Below are positions 1 through 16,819 of a stretch of 64,000 nucleotides of DNA, piece after piece. The DNA is from Eledone cirrhosa (taxonomy: Eukaryota): assembly GCA_964016885.1 (NCBI GenBank), contig OZ024743.1, forward strand, positions 280,984,001 to 281,048,000. Reading direction: 5' to 3'. A program made the position numbers and the translations under genes. Within the stretch, counting starts at the first letter, position 1, and each line of letters begins with the position of its first letter. A model generated the notes under the pieces. That model was not told the origin of the DNA. It saw nothing but the letters and a program-made list of their open reading frames with translations, and searched no databases.

Positions 1-3
1 ACC

Positions 4-495
4 ATGAGTATACCACCAATACATCAAACTAACCATAATATCTCCTTTGATACAGGATTCACGAAAAGTTGTAACTGTAGAAACAAAGCAAATTGCCCAT
101 TAAAAGGAAATTGCCTTATAAATAACATAGTATATAAATGTAAAGTTAACACTAAGGACTCAATTTCTTCATATATAGGAGCTACCTCTAACCAATTTAA
201 AGTAAGATTTAATACCCACAAACACAGTTTTAAAAATGCCGCATTAGCTAATACAACATCTTTAGCTGAAATAATTAATAATTATAGAAAGAGGAATATA
301 GATTATGACCTGACCTGGAGTGTGCTCAAAAGGGCCACCCCTTATCAAAATAATAGATATGAATGTAGATTGTGTTCCCAAGAACTTTTTGAAATAATGA
401 AATCTAAGGATATCCTATTAAATAAGCGACAGGAATTAATAATATCGTGTAATCATAAACTGAGAAAAACCTTTAAATATTATAAACCTAATTAA
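4..495 (+). mobile_element. Penelope-like element, C-terminal GIY-YIG endonuclease coding segment (upstream part lies outside the window)
   Basis: ORF has CNCRxxxxCPLxGxCL, IVY...YIG, FKxRFNxH and a CxLCxxE motif, the PLE GIY-YIG pattern. Confidence 0.85.
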
Positions 496-788
496 TATAC
501 ATTTTAGAAATTATTATAATAACACATTTTTTTAATTTAGTTAACCTATAATAAATACTCTACTACTAATGAACTACATAATTTTATTTTCCTTTTTACA
601 ACTAACTTTTCCTAAAATTGATACCATTATGTATACATATATACTGTTTTAATTTCAGGTTATAATTCTATGTTCCTTGTAATCTCTATATATTTGTTAT
701 TTCTCACTAATAAATTTAACACCCCCCCCCCCCCCAATAATTATATATATATATTTATTTTATTTCCCCTCGTCTTTAACACCACTCT

Positions 789-789
789 T

Positions 790-866
<77 letters not shown>

Positions 867-966
867 GCTGATGATGCTGATGGTGCTGCTGTTATTACTA
901 CTACTACTACTGCTACTACTACTACTAATACTACTACTACTACTAATACTACTACTACTACTATTA
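789..966. repeat. (CTA)n microsatellite
   Basis: Direct reading; source of the poly-L and poly-S ORFs. Confidence 0.95.
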
Positions 967-1061
967 CAATGGTTTCTGCTCCTCAAAACTAGCGTCACCT
1001 CCACTCAGGCCCGCCAATCTCACTCGCTGCCCCTCATCACATATATATATTGCGCTGTAAG

Positions 1062-1465
1062 GGCGTTGGGTTGACATATTCGTTGGAGCATCAAACAAAT
1101 GCCTCGCAATATTTGTTCTGAGTTCAAATCTCGCCGGGATCAACTTTGCCTTTCATCCATTCGAGGTCGATGAAATAAAGTACCTGTTGATATAATCGAC
1201 TTTCGCCTTCCAGGACATTGCTGGCCTTGTGCATAAATTAAAAATCAATACTTTAAAGATCAGTTATTGGCAGAGTCGTTAGGGCGTCTGACAAATATAT
1301 GCAGTATTTGTTCCAGCTCTTTACCGTCTAAGTTCAAATCCCGCCGATGTTTACTTTGCCTTTAATCCTTGCGAGGTCGATGAAATGAAACACCAATCGA
1401 TATAATCGACTTCCCCTTCCCCTATATGGTTGCTGGCCTTGTGCCAAAATTTGAAACTATTATAT
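1062..1465 (+). mobile_element. Two tandem tRNA-derived SINE copies with a Nin/Deu-like central domain
   Basis: B-box GAGTTCAAATC, then GCCTTTCATCC..GAGGTCGAT.AAATAAAGTACC, then the tail GCTGGCCTTGTGC, all present twice. Confidence 0.75.
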
Positions 1466-2033
1466 ATACTAGCAGAAAAACCACCCTTTGTGTGGTTTTC
1501 TGCTAGCCTATAGATATACGTCAATTGAAATCGTAATTGACAATATGCACAGAAATTGAACGAAGTCTGTGTTACACTGTCTTAATGTAATCAGCAAAGT
1601 AATCCATGATACTTTTAAAAAGACGATATTATATATAAACTGCATATATAATAAATTAAAATGTTATGAAAACGAAAAAGGAGAAAATTAGTGACGGAAA
1701 TATAAACCTTATATAGCGATGCAAATATATAGAACACTTTTTAATAACGGTAAAAGTGCATGACCTTGTGCTTTTGTGCGTTGGTTCAACTATCCGAAGA
1801 TCATAGATACGATTTCTGAACCCGACGATGCATTGTGTTCTTGAGCAAAATATTTTAAAGGAGGTTTTATGGTATTGCAATATAATGTGACATTCCTCCT
1901 GTAATTTTTGTCTGATAATAACCAAGTGAAACTAGTCATGCTGTTCTTCAAGCTGATCTGTAGAGAAAATTCTCTGTCGTTTAACCACAGGCTCTATTTA
2001 CACAGCGAGGCGAAATATGTTTATAACGCACAC

Positions 2034-2142
<109 letters not shown>

Positions 2143-2144
2143 CA

Positions 2145-2313
2145 AACAGAAATAACAAGGCAAACACACAGTACAATGAAGAAATATATTAGTTTAACGC
2201 TTGATATACTAGGAAAATAGTCTTAACGTTTCTGACACTACTCCTTCATCAAGAGATAAAAAGAGAAAAAGATGAAATAGAAAGATAAAGAGAAGCGGAA
2301 GGAACGCAAATTT

Positions 2314-2315
<2 letters not shown>
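2145..2315 (-). mobile_element. Degenerate PLE terminal-repeat fragment, paralogous to 19420-19590, with a decayed HHR core
   Basis: Shares CAATGAAGAAATATATT...GTTTC.GACACTA.TCCTTC.TCA with 19447-19525; minus strand reads TTGATGA...GAAAC. Confidence 0.5.
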
Positions 2316-2387
<72 letters not shown>

Positions 2388-2454
2388 CAAGGTTTAGCAA
2401 ATAAAAAAAAGTTTCAAAATATATTTCAAAAAATTCACTGTACTTACTATGGTT

Positions 2455-2541
2455 ACCTTTACCGAATCGGTTTCAAGTCTCAAAAATAAATGGATAGTCC
2501 TTGCGGGCTTCCATTGAAAAGATAAACTCCCGTCAGAAGGT
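2455..2541 (-). ncRNA. Type I hammerhead ribozyme motif (mirror copy, core variant CUGACGG)
   Basis: Reverse complement of 2811-2897 with one core substitution. Confidence 0.6.
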
Positions 2542-2810
2542 TCTTTTCACTCGGAGAATATAAAATTCGCGAGTTCAAATTACGAACTGGCGCTATTCAA
2601 AATTATTCCCGAGATGAGAATGAATGATGTGGAAGCAATTCTGTCCAGTGCCGTGTGCAAAGATTGACCTCCCTGCCTCTGCCTTCTATCTTTGCACACG
2701 GCACTGGACAGAATTGCTTCCACATCATTCATTCTCATCTCGGGAACAATTTTGAATAGCGCCAGTTCGTAATTTGAACTCGGGAATTTTATATTCTCCG
2801 AGTGAAAAGA

Positions 2811-2897
2811 ACCTTCTGACGAGAGTTTATCTTTTCAATGGAAGGCCGCAAGGACTATCCATTTATTTTTGAGACTTGAAACCGATTCGGTAAAGGT
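2811..2897 (+). ncRNA. Type I hammerhead ribozyme motif
   Basis: ACCTT-CTGACGA-GAGTTT...AGACTT-GAAA-CCGATTCGG-TA-AAGGT: perfect stem I, intact core, near-palindromic stem III. Confidence 0.8.
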
Positions 2898-3164
2898 AAC
2901 CAAAGTAAGTACAGTGAATTCTTTTTTTTTTTTTTTGAAACTTTTTCTTATTTGCTAAACCTTGATTATATGTTCTGGCTCGTTAATTTATTAACCTGCC
3001 ATTGAACCACATTGGCATATGGTTGGATAATACATGTCCATGTTCGTTTTTTGTGTGTAGGGATATATACTTTATTATATATATATATCTTTGTATAAAC
3101 GTACTTATCTTGTAAACATATTTACCGTATATATGTGTGTACGTGTATGAATGTGTTTATAACA

Positions 3165-3201
3165 TGCATACATACATGCATACATACATACATGCATACA
3201 T

Positions 3202-3232
<31 letters not shown>

Positions 3233-3318
3233 TAAATACACACACATTCATACATACATACATACATACATACATACATACATACATACATACATACATA
3301 CATACATACATACATACA

Positions 3319-3349
<31 letters not shown>

Positions 3350-3903
3350 GTACGTAGACAAACATAACGCAAGACTTATAAAAAACGCAAAAATTCATAT
3401 TCAACACCATGCTCCATCTTTTCCCTCGTCTTTCTTTTCTCCTCTTTCGTTTCTTATTGGTCATTTAGTCCTTCGTTTTCTTCTTCTTTTTTCTCCTTTT
3501 CCTCTTTTTCATCTTTTTCTTCTTCAGCTTCTTTATTCGTCCTCTTCCCCCATCCTCCTCCTTCCCTCCCCCTCTTTCTCCTTCTGCTACGACGCTGCCT
3601 AGAAGTAAGTAGCTTTCTAACTTTGGTCCTGTTTTAAAGTTCCGTTTGATCAAGCAGTAACGCCGAAATCTGCCGAAATATATCCGAAAACTTCTTACAG
3701 ATACAATCTTCATTTCCATTCCCCCACACTGCTCCTCACACTTCCCTTTGATCTTAAAAAGGCAATTTGCTGATAGGCGTTCTGCGGCTAACTTTCAAAG
3801 TTGACATGAGAATGCAGTATCCGCCACTACCACAACCACTACCACTACCATTACTACCATAACCACCTCCATTGAGCACTACTACTACTAGCACTACTAC
3901 TAC

Positions 3904-3980
<77 letters not shown>

Positions 3981-4037
3981 ATGGTGGTAGTTTTGGTGGT
4001 GGTAGTAGTAATAGTAGTAGTAGTGATGGTGGTTTTG

Positions 4038-4089
<52 letters not shown>

Positions 4090-4346
4090 CAGTAGCAGTA
4101 GTAGAAGTAGTATTGATGTGATGATGGTAGAGGCAGTGGAGAGTTTGCTGTGACGTATTTCATAGTTTCAGTGATGGTTTTGGTAGCTGTAGTAATAATA
4201 ATGTCAAGTGTCGTGGTATCATGGCTTCGGTGCTAGTAGTATCTCTGGTAATGGTGGTGGTGGTGGCACTAGTTGTGGTGGATGGGGGTATTGGGGGAAG
4301 GGGTGATGGTGTTAGTGATTGTGATCATAGGTTATAGCTGTATTGA

Positions 4347-4420
<74 letters not shown>

Positions 4421-4421
4421 C

Positions 4422-4455
<34 letters not shown>

Positions 4456-4480
4456 GGTAGTGGTGGTGGTGGTAGGTGCT
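3165..4480. repeat. Compound microsatellite zone: (TACA)n, CT-rich, (TAG)n/(TGG)n
   Basis: Direct reading. Confidence 0.9.
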
Positions 4481-4779
4481 ATTGATAGTTTTTATTGTAG
4501 CAGAGCTGATGGTCTTCTATCATCCAGTCTTCAGTTTATGAATTCCTGTGATGTCAGATGAACAAGTTCGGTTGAGCTATTGAATTTTATATGTATAAAA
4601 ACACACAGATATACAGACACACGCACACACGCACACACATAACTACATATAGAAGGGCGGTGAAACTGGGGGGGTGTCAGGGACAAGGGTACCATGCCCC
4701 CACCTCCCAATAATCATATTTTTCTCCCCAAATTATCAAAACACACATCTATTTGTATGTGCTAGAATTTATGTACATG

Positions 4780-6230
4780 TAGATATAAGTAATTGATATA
4801 GAGAGAGGAATTGGAAAGGAGGATTGGGCGACAGTGTTGTATTGTTGATGTAGAGAGGAGGAGAGTTTTGTGGTAATTAATATAGTGAGAGGGTTGATAG
4901 ATATAGAGAGGGTGAGAGTTCAGGAGTGATGGATAGAGTGAGAGAGAATGAGAGAGTGTTGCATAGTAGACATAGAGAGAGGGATAGTTTGGTGGTAATT
5001 AATATAGAAAGAGGGGTTGAGGGAGAGTTCCATGTAGTAGATATAGAGAAGGGGAACGTTTGGTGTTAATTGATATAGAGAGGCTGATTCGAAGGGAGTT
5101 CCGGGTAGTAGATATAGAGAGGGGTGTTTGGTGTTAACTGATATGATAGAGAGAGAATGTTGTATGGTTGAAGTAGAGAAGGGGAGATTTTGGTGGTAAT
5201 GAATAGAGGGAGAGGATTGCTAGAAATAAGTATTGATAGATATAGAGAAGGGGAGAGTTTGGTAGTGATGGATAGAGTGAGAGGGGATAAGAGATAGTGT
5301 TGTACGGTAGATATAGAATGGGGGAGAGTTTGGTGATAATTAATATAAAGAGTGAGGTTGGATGAGTGTGTTGTATGGTAGATATAGAGAGGGGGAGAGA
5401 TTGATGTTTATTGATATAGAGAGGGTTGGAAGAGAGTTCCGTGTAGTAGATAGAGAGAGGGGCAGAGTTTGGTGCTCATTGATATAGAGATAGGGGTTTC
5501 GAAGAGAGTTCCGTGAAGTAGATATAGAAAGGTGAAAGTTTGGTGCTAATTGATATAGAGAGGGGGAGAGTTTGTTGTTAATTGATATAGAGAGGTTTTT
5601 GGGAGAAAGTGTTGTATGGTTGATGTATATAGGGTGCATGTTTAGTAGAATTGAATAGAGTGAGAGGATTGATAGAGAGAAGTATTGATAGATATAGAGA
5701 GGGGGAGTTTAGTAGTGATGGATAGGGTGAGAGTAAATGAGAGTGTTGCATGGTAGATCTAGAGAGGGCAAAGTTTGGTGGTAATTGATATAGCGAGGGG
5801 TAGATTTCGATTTTTGTAGATATAATGAAGGGGTTGGTAGGGATAAATATTGCTAAATATATTGAGGGGGACTGGATGAGACATTGTAGTAAAATATATA
5901 GAGAGGGGTTGTGATGGACAGAGAGAGAACGATTAAGAGAGAGTGTAGTAGAGATGGTGAGGGGGAGAGTTTGGAGATGATTGATATAAAGAGGATGATT
6001 TGGAGAGTGATTAGTATGTTAGATATAGAGAGGAGGAGAATTTGTTGGTTTTAGATATAGAGAGAAGGATAATGAGAGAGTACCGTATAGTAGATATAGA
6101 GAGGGGGAGTTTAGGGGTGATTGATATAGAGAGGGGAGAGTGGTTTTAGTAGACACAGAGAGGAGAATTAAAACATAGTTTTGTGTGATAGATATAGAGA
6201 GTAAAAGAGTTTGGTAGATCATCATACAAG
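4780..6230. repeat. Degenerate purine-rich minisatellite
   Basis: Recurring ATTGATATAGAGAGG / GTAGATATAGAGAGGGG / GAGAGTTTGGTG units of about 30-60 bp. Confidence 0.8.
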
Positions 6231-6279
6231 ACTTGTGATCCTTTAGAGTAGCAAAATTCACCAATAGCCATAATAAATG

Positions 6280-7115
6280 AATCTATTATTTCTTCACAAG
6301 TACATTTTAAACTTATAGCCTCGTTTAAATAATTTTTTATGTGGTTGATTTATACTGATTGGGATAGGAAATACTGTATATATTTTATCTAATGATTCTT
6401 TAGACTTACATCTTTATATATAGCTCTGATTAATAATTATTTAATTAATTCTTCATTGAGCCACACCGTGAATGGTTGCCAAACTCATATATGTATCTGT
6501 GACTATATCTAATTATATATATCTATATACCCTTTGAATTTAATATATACTCCCGTAAGGTTGAGTAAAACTTTAGGCAGTATTCGGCTGCGCTTTCTAG
6601 CAACCAGCCTACTCGCCGACAGGCACCAATCACAAACTTTGTCTTGACCACTGGCCACGTGATGGTTCTTAGCCATTTTGAATTCATTTCTGGCGGGGAT
6701 CATGGTAGAAGTAACTTAGTCCAGTCTAGGGTATGTCCTGATGAGTTCCAAGCCTCGTGGATTTATCCAAGACAGGGTATATCCAAAAAGTGGAACGAAA
6801 CTACCGGTTGGTAGAGACTATGGGAATTCTGGTAAATTTTATGTGCATTTTTTCTTCAAACTTCTATTTTGTACCTAATTCCGTGTAGTTAACTATTTGT
6901 CTAGTCAATTTCTACAGGCTAGAAGAAATAATTAGATAAGTGTCATATAGCTGTACATCGCGGTAAAGAATCTGTATCATTTGTCTATTATTTATTCACA
7001 AGTACATTTTAAACTTATAGCCTCGTTTAAATGATTTTTTATGTGGTTGATTTATATTGATTGGGAGAGGAAATACTGTATATATTTTATCTAATGATTC
7101 TTTGGACTTACATTT
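6280..7115 (+). mobile_element. Partial-tandem PLE pseudo-LTR-like element with an HHR-like motif
   Basis: 6283-6412 is repeated at 6985-7113; the same family recurs at 49613-49955 and inverted at 50200-50370; HHR-like motif at 6735-6818. Confidence 0.6.
6735..6818 (+). ncRNA. Degenerate type I hammerhead motif with extended stem II
   Basis: GTC-CTGATGA-GTTCCA...TGGAAC-GAAA-CTACC-GGTT-GGTAG-A-GAC; the U of the UH cleavage site is missing. Confidence 0.55.
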
Positions 7116-7125
7116 CTATGCATAT

Positions 7126-7241
<116 letters not shown>

Positions 7242-7275
7242 AAGGGGTACAGAGCATAATTATTTGCAATTATAC

Positions 7276-7324
<49 letters not shown>

Positions 7325-7449
7325 TGCTAGGGAAAGGATCAGGGGTGTATAACACTCCACTTATCCAGCAGGCAGTATGAGGTTAGCTCAATGTCTGAGG
7401 ACAGAGCCGTAATATAATAAATAAATAACAAAGAACGCTTATAGCATAT

Positions 7450-7510
7450 GCATATCTTTACTTGCTAACATTGTTTCATCCACACTATAAGTGGGACTCA
7501 TCAGAGCATA
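7450..7510 (-). ncRNA. Degenerate hammerhead motif downstream of the 10-kb PLE endonuclease
   Basis: Minus strand: TATGCT-CTGATGA-GTCC(CACTTATAGTG)TGGAT-GAAA-CAATGTTAGCAAG-TA; stems I and III are imperfect. Confidence 0.5.
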
Positions 7511-7787
7511 AAGGTTAATTACATACCATACAAGCAATAACAAATCCAAGACATTGAAGAATGAAAGGTAATAATAGACGATAGAGGATAAGAATAAAAA
7601 GTAAATAAAAATAAAAGTGAAAATAAAAATAAAAATAAAAATAAGGGGTGCTATCTGTCACAGTTGGGCGGTGTGCTGTCAACATATAGTTACATACAAG
7701 CATACACATGGATAAGAGAACAGACAAGAGTAGACACATGGATAAGAGAACAGACAAGAGTAGATAAGATAATGGGATTAGGTAAGA

Positions 7788-7888
7788 GTAGGTAAAAAAT
7801 AGGTAAAAAATAGGTAAAAAAATAGGTAAAAAATAGGTAAAAAATAGGTAAAAAATAGGTAAAAAATAGGTAAAAAATAGGTAAAAAA
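7788..7888. repeat. (TAGGTAAAAAA)n 11-bp minisatellite
   Basis: About nine consecutive units. Confidence 0.9.
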
Positions 7889-8255
7889 CAGACTTATAAT
7901 ATATATAAAAAGAAATACAAAGAAATACATAACAAACTTACATATAAAATATAAAATATAGGGTAAGGAATGAGATAAAATAATATACAATTAAAAATTA
8001 AAAATTATATACATAGAACATAATATAGTATAATCATAAAATAAGATAAAATAAGGTAAACTAAAATCAAATAACATAGACTAAATTAAAATTAAAATCA
8101 AATGTGTAATTATAATTATATGTATAATTAAATGTAATTAAATGTAATTAAATAAATAAATAAAGAAATAAATAAATAAAAATTAAAAATTAAATAAATA
8201 AATAAAATTTAAATTTAAATTTTTAAATTTTAAAATTAAAATCTAAATTTAAATA

Positions 8256-8306
<51 letters not shown>

Positions 8307-8394
8307 ATGGAGTCAAGTAAGTAAATAAATAAAATTAGATAACATGAAATGAAATAAAATAAAATGAAATAAAGTAAATTGAGATAAGATATAT

Positions 8395-8775
8395 ATTTTT
8401 TTAGAATATATCTCTTGAATATATCAGGGGCCCACGAAGGCACTAAATGTCACAGTTATGTGTATCACTTGACCAATTTTTCAAAATACATTTCTTGAAA
8501 ACATCAGGGGCCCACGAAGGCACTAAGTGTCACAGTCACCAGTATCACTTGACCATTGCAAGGCAATGGAGGCGTCCCAGGTTGGGCAGTCTCGAAAGTT
8601 CACTCGAAAGTCATGGGTGTGCATTCACACAGTTGAGCGGTGGGGTAATCACAAACCGGTTCACACACCAATTTTTTAAAAATATATTTCTTGAGAACAT
8701 CAGGGGCCCACGAAGGCGCTAAGTGTCACAGTCACCAGTATCACTCGAGCGGTGGGGTAATCACAAACCGGTTCA
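8395..8775. repeat. Three dispersed copies of a ~45-bp unit within the presumed PLE 3' region
   Basis: ATCAGGGGCCCACGAAGGC.CTAA.TGTCACAGT at about 8422, 8503 and 8699. Confidence 0.8.
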
Positions 8776-9964
8776 ACACGGGCAGGAGTCAAATGGTCAG
8801 AAAGGTGCATCAAAGGAGGTAGAAGAATTCACATGCAAGCGTTAGGTTAAAGCAAGTTGTAGCGCATACAAAATACAAAATATAAAAGCCATTAAGACAC
8901 CGCATTGGGACATCACAAGATTGTACACATCAATATGTTCAGTACGTATATGCACGTATACACACCACATGCACATGCAGAGACGGTATACATATATATA
9001 TATATATTTTTTTTTATATATATACACACAGACACATATAACCACCTACACCCATACACATATAAATGTATACACGGGCACACACGCACACACACACAGC
9101 GTAGGATACCCGGGTCAAAGTCGATATTAAATACGATATTAAATACAATATTAAATATTAAACACCGAAATACCACATTAGATCAGACCCACCACCACAG
9201 GTAATATATTCAAAACAAATACATACGATGAGATGTATTAAAATACAGTTGAAATCCTACGGAGATATTCATGTCTGCACGTGCCATTGACCGATTCGAG
9301 TGTACACAGACCGTTAGTAACTACGGAGGGCCATCGGGGCCAAAACGTTACTTTCGGGATCATAAAAACGACCGTCAATATAAGGAAGGCCGATCGTGCT
9401 AGAAAGACTACAACCCGGGTAAGAGTTCCCAGAGGTCAGCCTGTAGATCTTGAACCACAGAATATGAGGGCAACACATATATGCGCCACGTATCCACTGC
9501 TTACGGCAGGATGGCTCGGGTCAGCCACAGTTACAGGCTAAATTTCTACTAGTGCAGCCTAAATCACAGTACACGCTTTACATAAATACATTACATCACA
9601 ACTCATGCGCATACAGAGGTACAAATCAACAAGATATACGTCAGGATAGGTCCACCAATGCACTAATGGTGGGTAGGCCAGCGTGGATGGGTTACATCCA
9701 CTGTACCAAACAGGGGTGCTTATTAACATACACTCCCCTGCACACCCCAATATCAAGATCAATATCCTCCCACAGGCATACGTATACATTCACAGACTCG
9801 TATACATAGATGACCAACATTAGGAGATAGTTACACTCAGTCAGAGACAGTTACACAAGACAGCCCAACTGGAGGAATAAGGACGTGCTAGCTAACAGGT
9901 TTAAAGTAGAAGAAAGAGCTTAATATTCGGTGGGGGCAAGAGGAAAAAATTTCAGACTTTCTAT

Positions 9965-10812
9965 TTAGTAGAGGGCATTTAGCAAATATAATAGAGTGGG
10001 ATTCGGCATGCACAGGTTGCATACTCTACTATGAGGAGTATATGGATGGGATTTAGCAACCTGCCGCCAAGTAAGTGTGTAAGGTGTCTGTGCATTTTTT
10101 AAATTATGGACGTACGCTGCCAAGGAGGTGGAGTTCTTCAGTTTATTATGTCTAAAAGTGCATTGATGAGAGTTAAACCTGGTCTTAAAGGGGGTGGAAG
10201 TTGATCCTATATAGGTCATAGTGGACGCCGTAGTTACCACATCACACGCATAAACTATGTTTCTAACAAGGCAGAAACCATTCAGGGGGCAGCCCGAAGC
10301 CCTTCTACAGTTACAACCTCTGGTGATGCTATTCTCAGAAAGATCACCACCAGTGTCACTGCCCACTCTATCCACTACCGTGTTTTCCCCTAGGCTTAGG
10401 TTGTCCAGGCCTTCCTTTATTTTCTTATTATTAGTAATGGCCAGATGAGAGGCTAGATTTTGGGTTGTAGAATATGAAAGTTTAACAACATTCTTATTGA
10501 GGATAGAGTGGTACCTATTACCAGGAGGGAAGTTCCGTTCTAGCACAGAGAAGAAGGCCCTAGGAATATTTGTAGCCACTTCAGAATTAAAAGGGGGGTT
10601 GAAGTATGTATTCAATCTTCTTCTATTCTTTTTATTCTTTCTATTTCCATCAGTATTATTAGCATTATTATTTCTACGGTTCCTATGCTCACCTAGTCCA
10701 TGCGGGGAGCTGCGAGGCCCACCATTGCTATTACTTATACCAATGGTGCCCTGCTGGTTCATTCCACCGGCATCTAGAAACCTCCCGTTCACGACACCTC
10801 TATTGTTATTAC
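9965..10812 (-). mobile_element. Penelope-like element, linker plus GIY-YIG endonuclease (5'-truncated at a (TA)n tract, C-terminus aberrant)
   Basis: YFNPPFN...TNI...NFP...NVVKLSYS linker, then CNCRxxxxCPLxGxCL, IVY, YIG, FKTRFNSH, CNLC; same type as the 4-495 ORF. Confidence 0.85.
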
Positions 10813-11143
10813 TTATATATATATATATACAGTGGCGGTGGATATATATATATATATATATATACAGTGCGCTACAATTTATGTACATATTGTTTATCGC
10901 ATATCGAAGTTTTCTGACCATTTTAGAGTGCAAAGAGCTAAACTAATTACTACAACTTAATTGACCAAATTTGCCCCCATAACCCCCCCCCCCTCATCCC
11001 CACCATTCAGAAATGCTTCCACCGCCCCTGATATAGTGATACAAGTATATAGTGGTCTATTTATACCCACATAGACATATATGTCTATATAAAGAGATTC
11101 CATACATACATATGCACACAAACGTACATACAATATTACTATG

Positions 11144-11179
<36 letters not shown>

Positions 11180-11344
11180 TGTGCGTGTGCGTGTGTGTGT
11201 GTGTGTGGGTGTGGGTGTGTGTGTGTGTGTGTGTGTGTGTTTATACGCTATCAACATCAATTTTTTGTTTGTTTTCTGGATGTTAAATCATTCAAATAGG
11301 TATTGTTATACTTTGGTAGGTTTTTGCTGCCAATAAACACAGAG

Positions 11345-11976
11345 ACACCAGTTGAGTTACACTTTAGATTTATCATTAGTCAGATAACTGAGCGCGGTGG
11401 ATTGGCAGTATCGGTAGAGTGTCGGACGCCATTCTTTGCAGCATAGCGTTATAGCCCTTTATGATCTGAGTTCAAATCCCGCCGAGGTTAACTGTGCCTT
11501 TCATCCTTATGGGGTCGATAAAATAAAGTATCAGTCACGCACTGGGGTCGATTCAATCCACTTTCCCCTCCTCCAAATTTGATGGCATTGTGCATATATA
11601 AGAAACCATTATTAGTCAGACATCAGTTGAGTTACACTCTAGATTTATCATTAGTCAGGTAACTGAGCTCGGTGAATTGGCAGTATCGGTAGAGGGTCGG
11701 ACGCCATGCTTTGACGCATAGAGTTACGGCCCTTGCCATTCTGAGTTCAAATCCCGCCGAGGTTAACTTTGCCTTTCATCCTTACGGGGTCGATAAAATA
11801 AAGTACCAGTAATACACTGGGTATTTGCTGGCCTTGTGCCAAAAGTAGAAACAATTATTAGTCAGGTAACTGGGCGGTGGATTGGCCGAGTCTGTAGAGC
11901 GTCGGACACCATGCTTCACGGCATAGATTTACAACCCTTTACGTTCTGAGTTCAAATCCCGCCAAGATTAGCTTTG
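11345..11976 (+). mobile_element. Tandem array of three Nin/Deu-type tRNA SINE copies (third truncated)
   Basis: Repeated ATTAGTCAG.TAACTG + TGGCAGTATCGGTAGAG (A-box) + GAGTTCAAATCCCGCC (B-box) + GCCTTTCATCCTTACGGGGTCGATAAAATAAAGTACC. Confidence 0.8.
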
Positions 11977-12129
11977 CATAGACAAACCAACACAATGCAC
12001 TTGCCGGACCAGGAATCGAACCCACAACCTTATGACCGTACGTCGAACATACTAACTATTGGGAAATGCACCTTGACTATAATTTAAAACCTAATCATTA
12101 ATAACTCAGAAGGTTTACTTAGACGATTG

Positions 12130-12360
12130 AGATAGAGTCGTTAGAGTGTCGGACAACTGCTTAGCATTACTTATTCCAGCTATTTAGGTGCTAAGTTCAG
12201 CTCCCATCGAGGCCAAATTTGTCTTTCATTCTTTCGAAGGCAATAAAATAAAGTATAAGTCAAGTAGGGGAGTCGATATAATCAACTTTCTCCCATCGCA
12301 CTGCTTCCGCAAAAAATAGAAGAAATTTCTGGCCTTCTGCCAGTTTTGGAAACCATTAAT
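12130..12360 (+). mobile_element. Degenerate SINE of the same family
   Basis: GAGTGTCGGACA...AAGTTCAG...CTTTCATTC...AAAATAAAGTA...CTGGCCTTCTGCC. Confidence 0.55.
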
Positions 12361-12512
12361 TATCGTACAGGTGTATATATCTGATGATATTACACAAAAA
12401 AACCAAGATGGATTTCAACAAAGAATTATGTTGACATCATAAAGCTCCCATAAAGAATAATAATAATAAAAATATGTTACATATTCTAACAATATAGCAA
12501 TCACCGAGTTGA

Positions 12513-12560
<48 letters not shown>

Positions 12561-12663
12561 TACACCCTCTGAAAACAAGAAAAAACAAGGGGAAATCTTG
12601 TAAAAATTTGATTGATCAAATTGTCGATGGATACTTGCATGCAAGACGCGATATATTTATGTA

Positions 12664-15825
<3,162 letters not shown>

Positions 15826-16307
15826 CGCATCTATGTCTTGCACGATGTAGAACATACCTGAAATGATCAGTTTCGTTTGCATGACAGACTATATTCAACA
15901 CCCTGTTATATATATAGTGTGGGTGTAGAAAGATTCCTCCGTAGAAAGTATCATAGTTGTAGTTATTTTCGGATGTGGAGACAATAATCTCTAAAGTGCA
16001 CAAAGGTAATCTCATGTAGTCTCTGTGCAGATGGAATAATGGGAAGTGTTTACAATTCTTTCTCTTCACAGTGGTACTTCTAATTCAAACGCTGTCGTTA
16101 TATCTGCATTAAATTATATATATTAAATTATATATATTAAATTATATATATAGAGAGAGAGACAGTTCAGGGGTAAACCATGTTACTTATCTTAAACTAT
16201 GTTACCTATCTTCTTCTACACTAAATCAATAACGATCTTACCATCGATTGATCCAGAAATATTATATGGAGTAGTGAAACAATTGTAAACTGACATTATT
16301 ATCCTCT

Positions 16308-16497
16308 CGGTGGATTGGCAGTATCGGAAGAGGGTCGGACGCCTTGCTTTGACGCATAGAGTTACGGCCCTTATCATTCTAAGTTCAAATCCCGCCGATG
16401 TTAACTTTGCCTTTCATCCTTACGGGGACGATAAAATAAAGTACCAGTAATGTACTGGTAATTGCTGGCCTTGTGCCAATAGTAGAAACAATTATTA
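16308..16497 (+). mobile_element. Nin/Deu-type tRNA SINE
   Basis: Close match to 11668-11858. Confidence 0.8.
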
Positions 16498-16819
16498 TAC
16501 CCTCTTTTTTATATTAAACTGCACTTAATGTTGATACTCTTTGACTAATGTCTTCTATGTGAGTTTGTGGTCTTGATTTGCTTAACTACTGAATATATAT
16601 ATATATATATATATAGTATTAGTTATACTATTTATGGTTATGTAAATACAAAACCTTATGCAGTTATAAGTATTTTACACACACCCTAAATAGTGGTAGG
16701 CAGTAATGTATTACTACCTTATTACCAGTAAGTTAAGTAGCTCAATGTAAAAACATCAGATGATTTACAGAGCAGTTATATGAAATATAAGAATCAAAGA
16801 ACTGTTCAAAACATTATTG

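Larger units (their letters stand above)
2382..2970. repeat. Foldback (~280-bp inverted arms, ~23-bp spacer), probably an inverted PLE pseudo-LTR
   Basis: 2382-2664 is the near-exact reverse complement of 2688-2970; it starts at a (TA)n tract and each arm carries an HHR. Confidence 0.9.

Noticed and set aside
7788-7888. Telomeric repeat
   Set aside because: An 11-bp A-rich unit, short and internal to a PLE 3' region; not TTAGGG or TTAGG.
8395-8775. CRISPR-like repeat-spacer pattern
   Set aside because: Only three degenerate repeats, spacers share sequence with each other, eukaryotic context and no cas genes.
11390-11976. tRNA genes
   Set aside because: A and B boxes are present but there is no complete cloverleaf; each continues into SINE body sequence.
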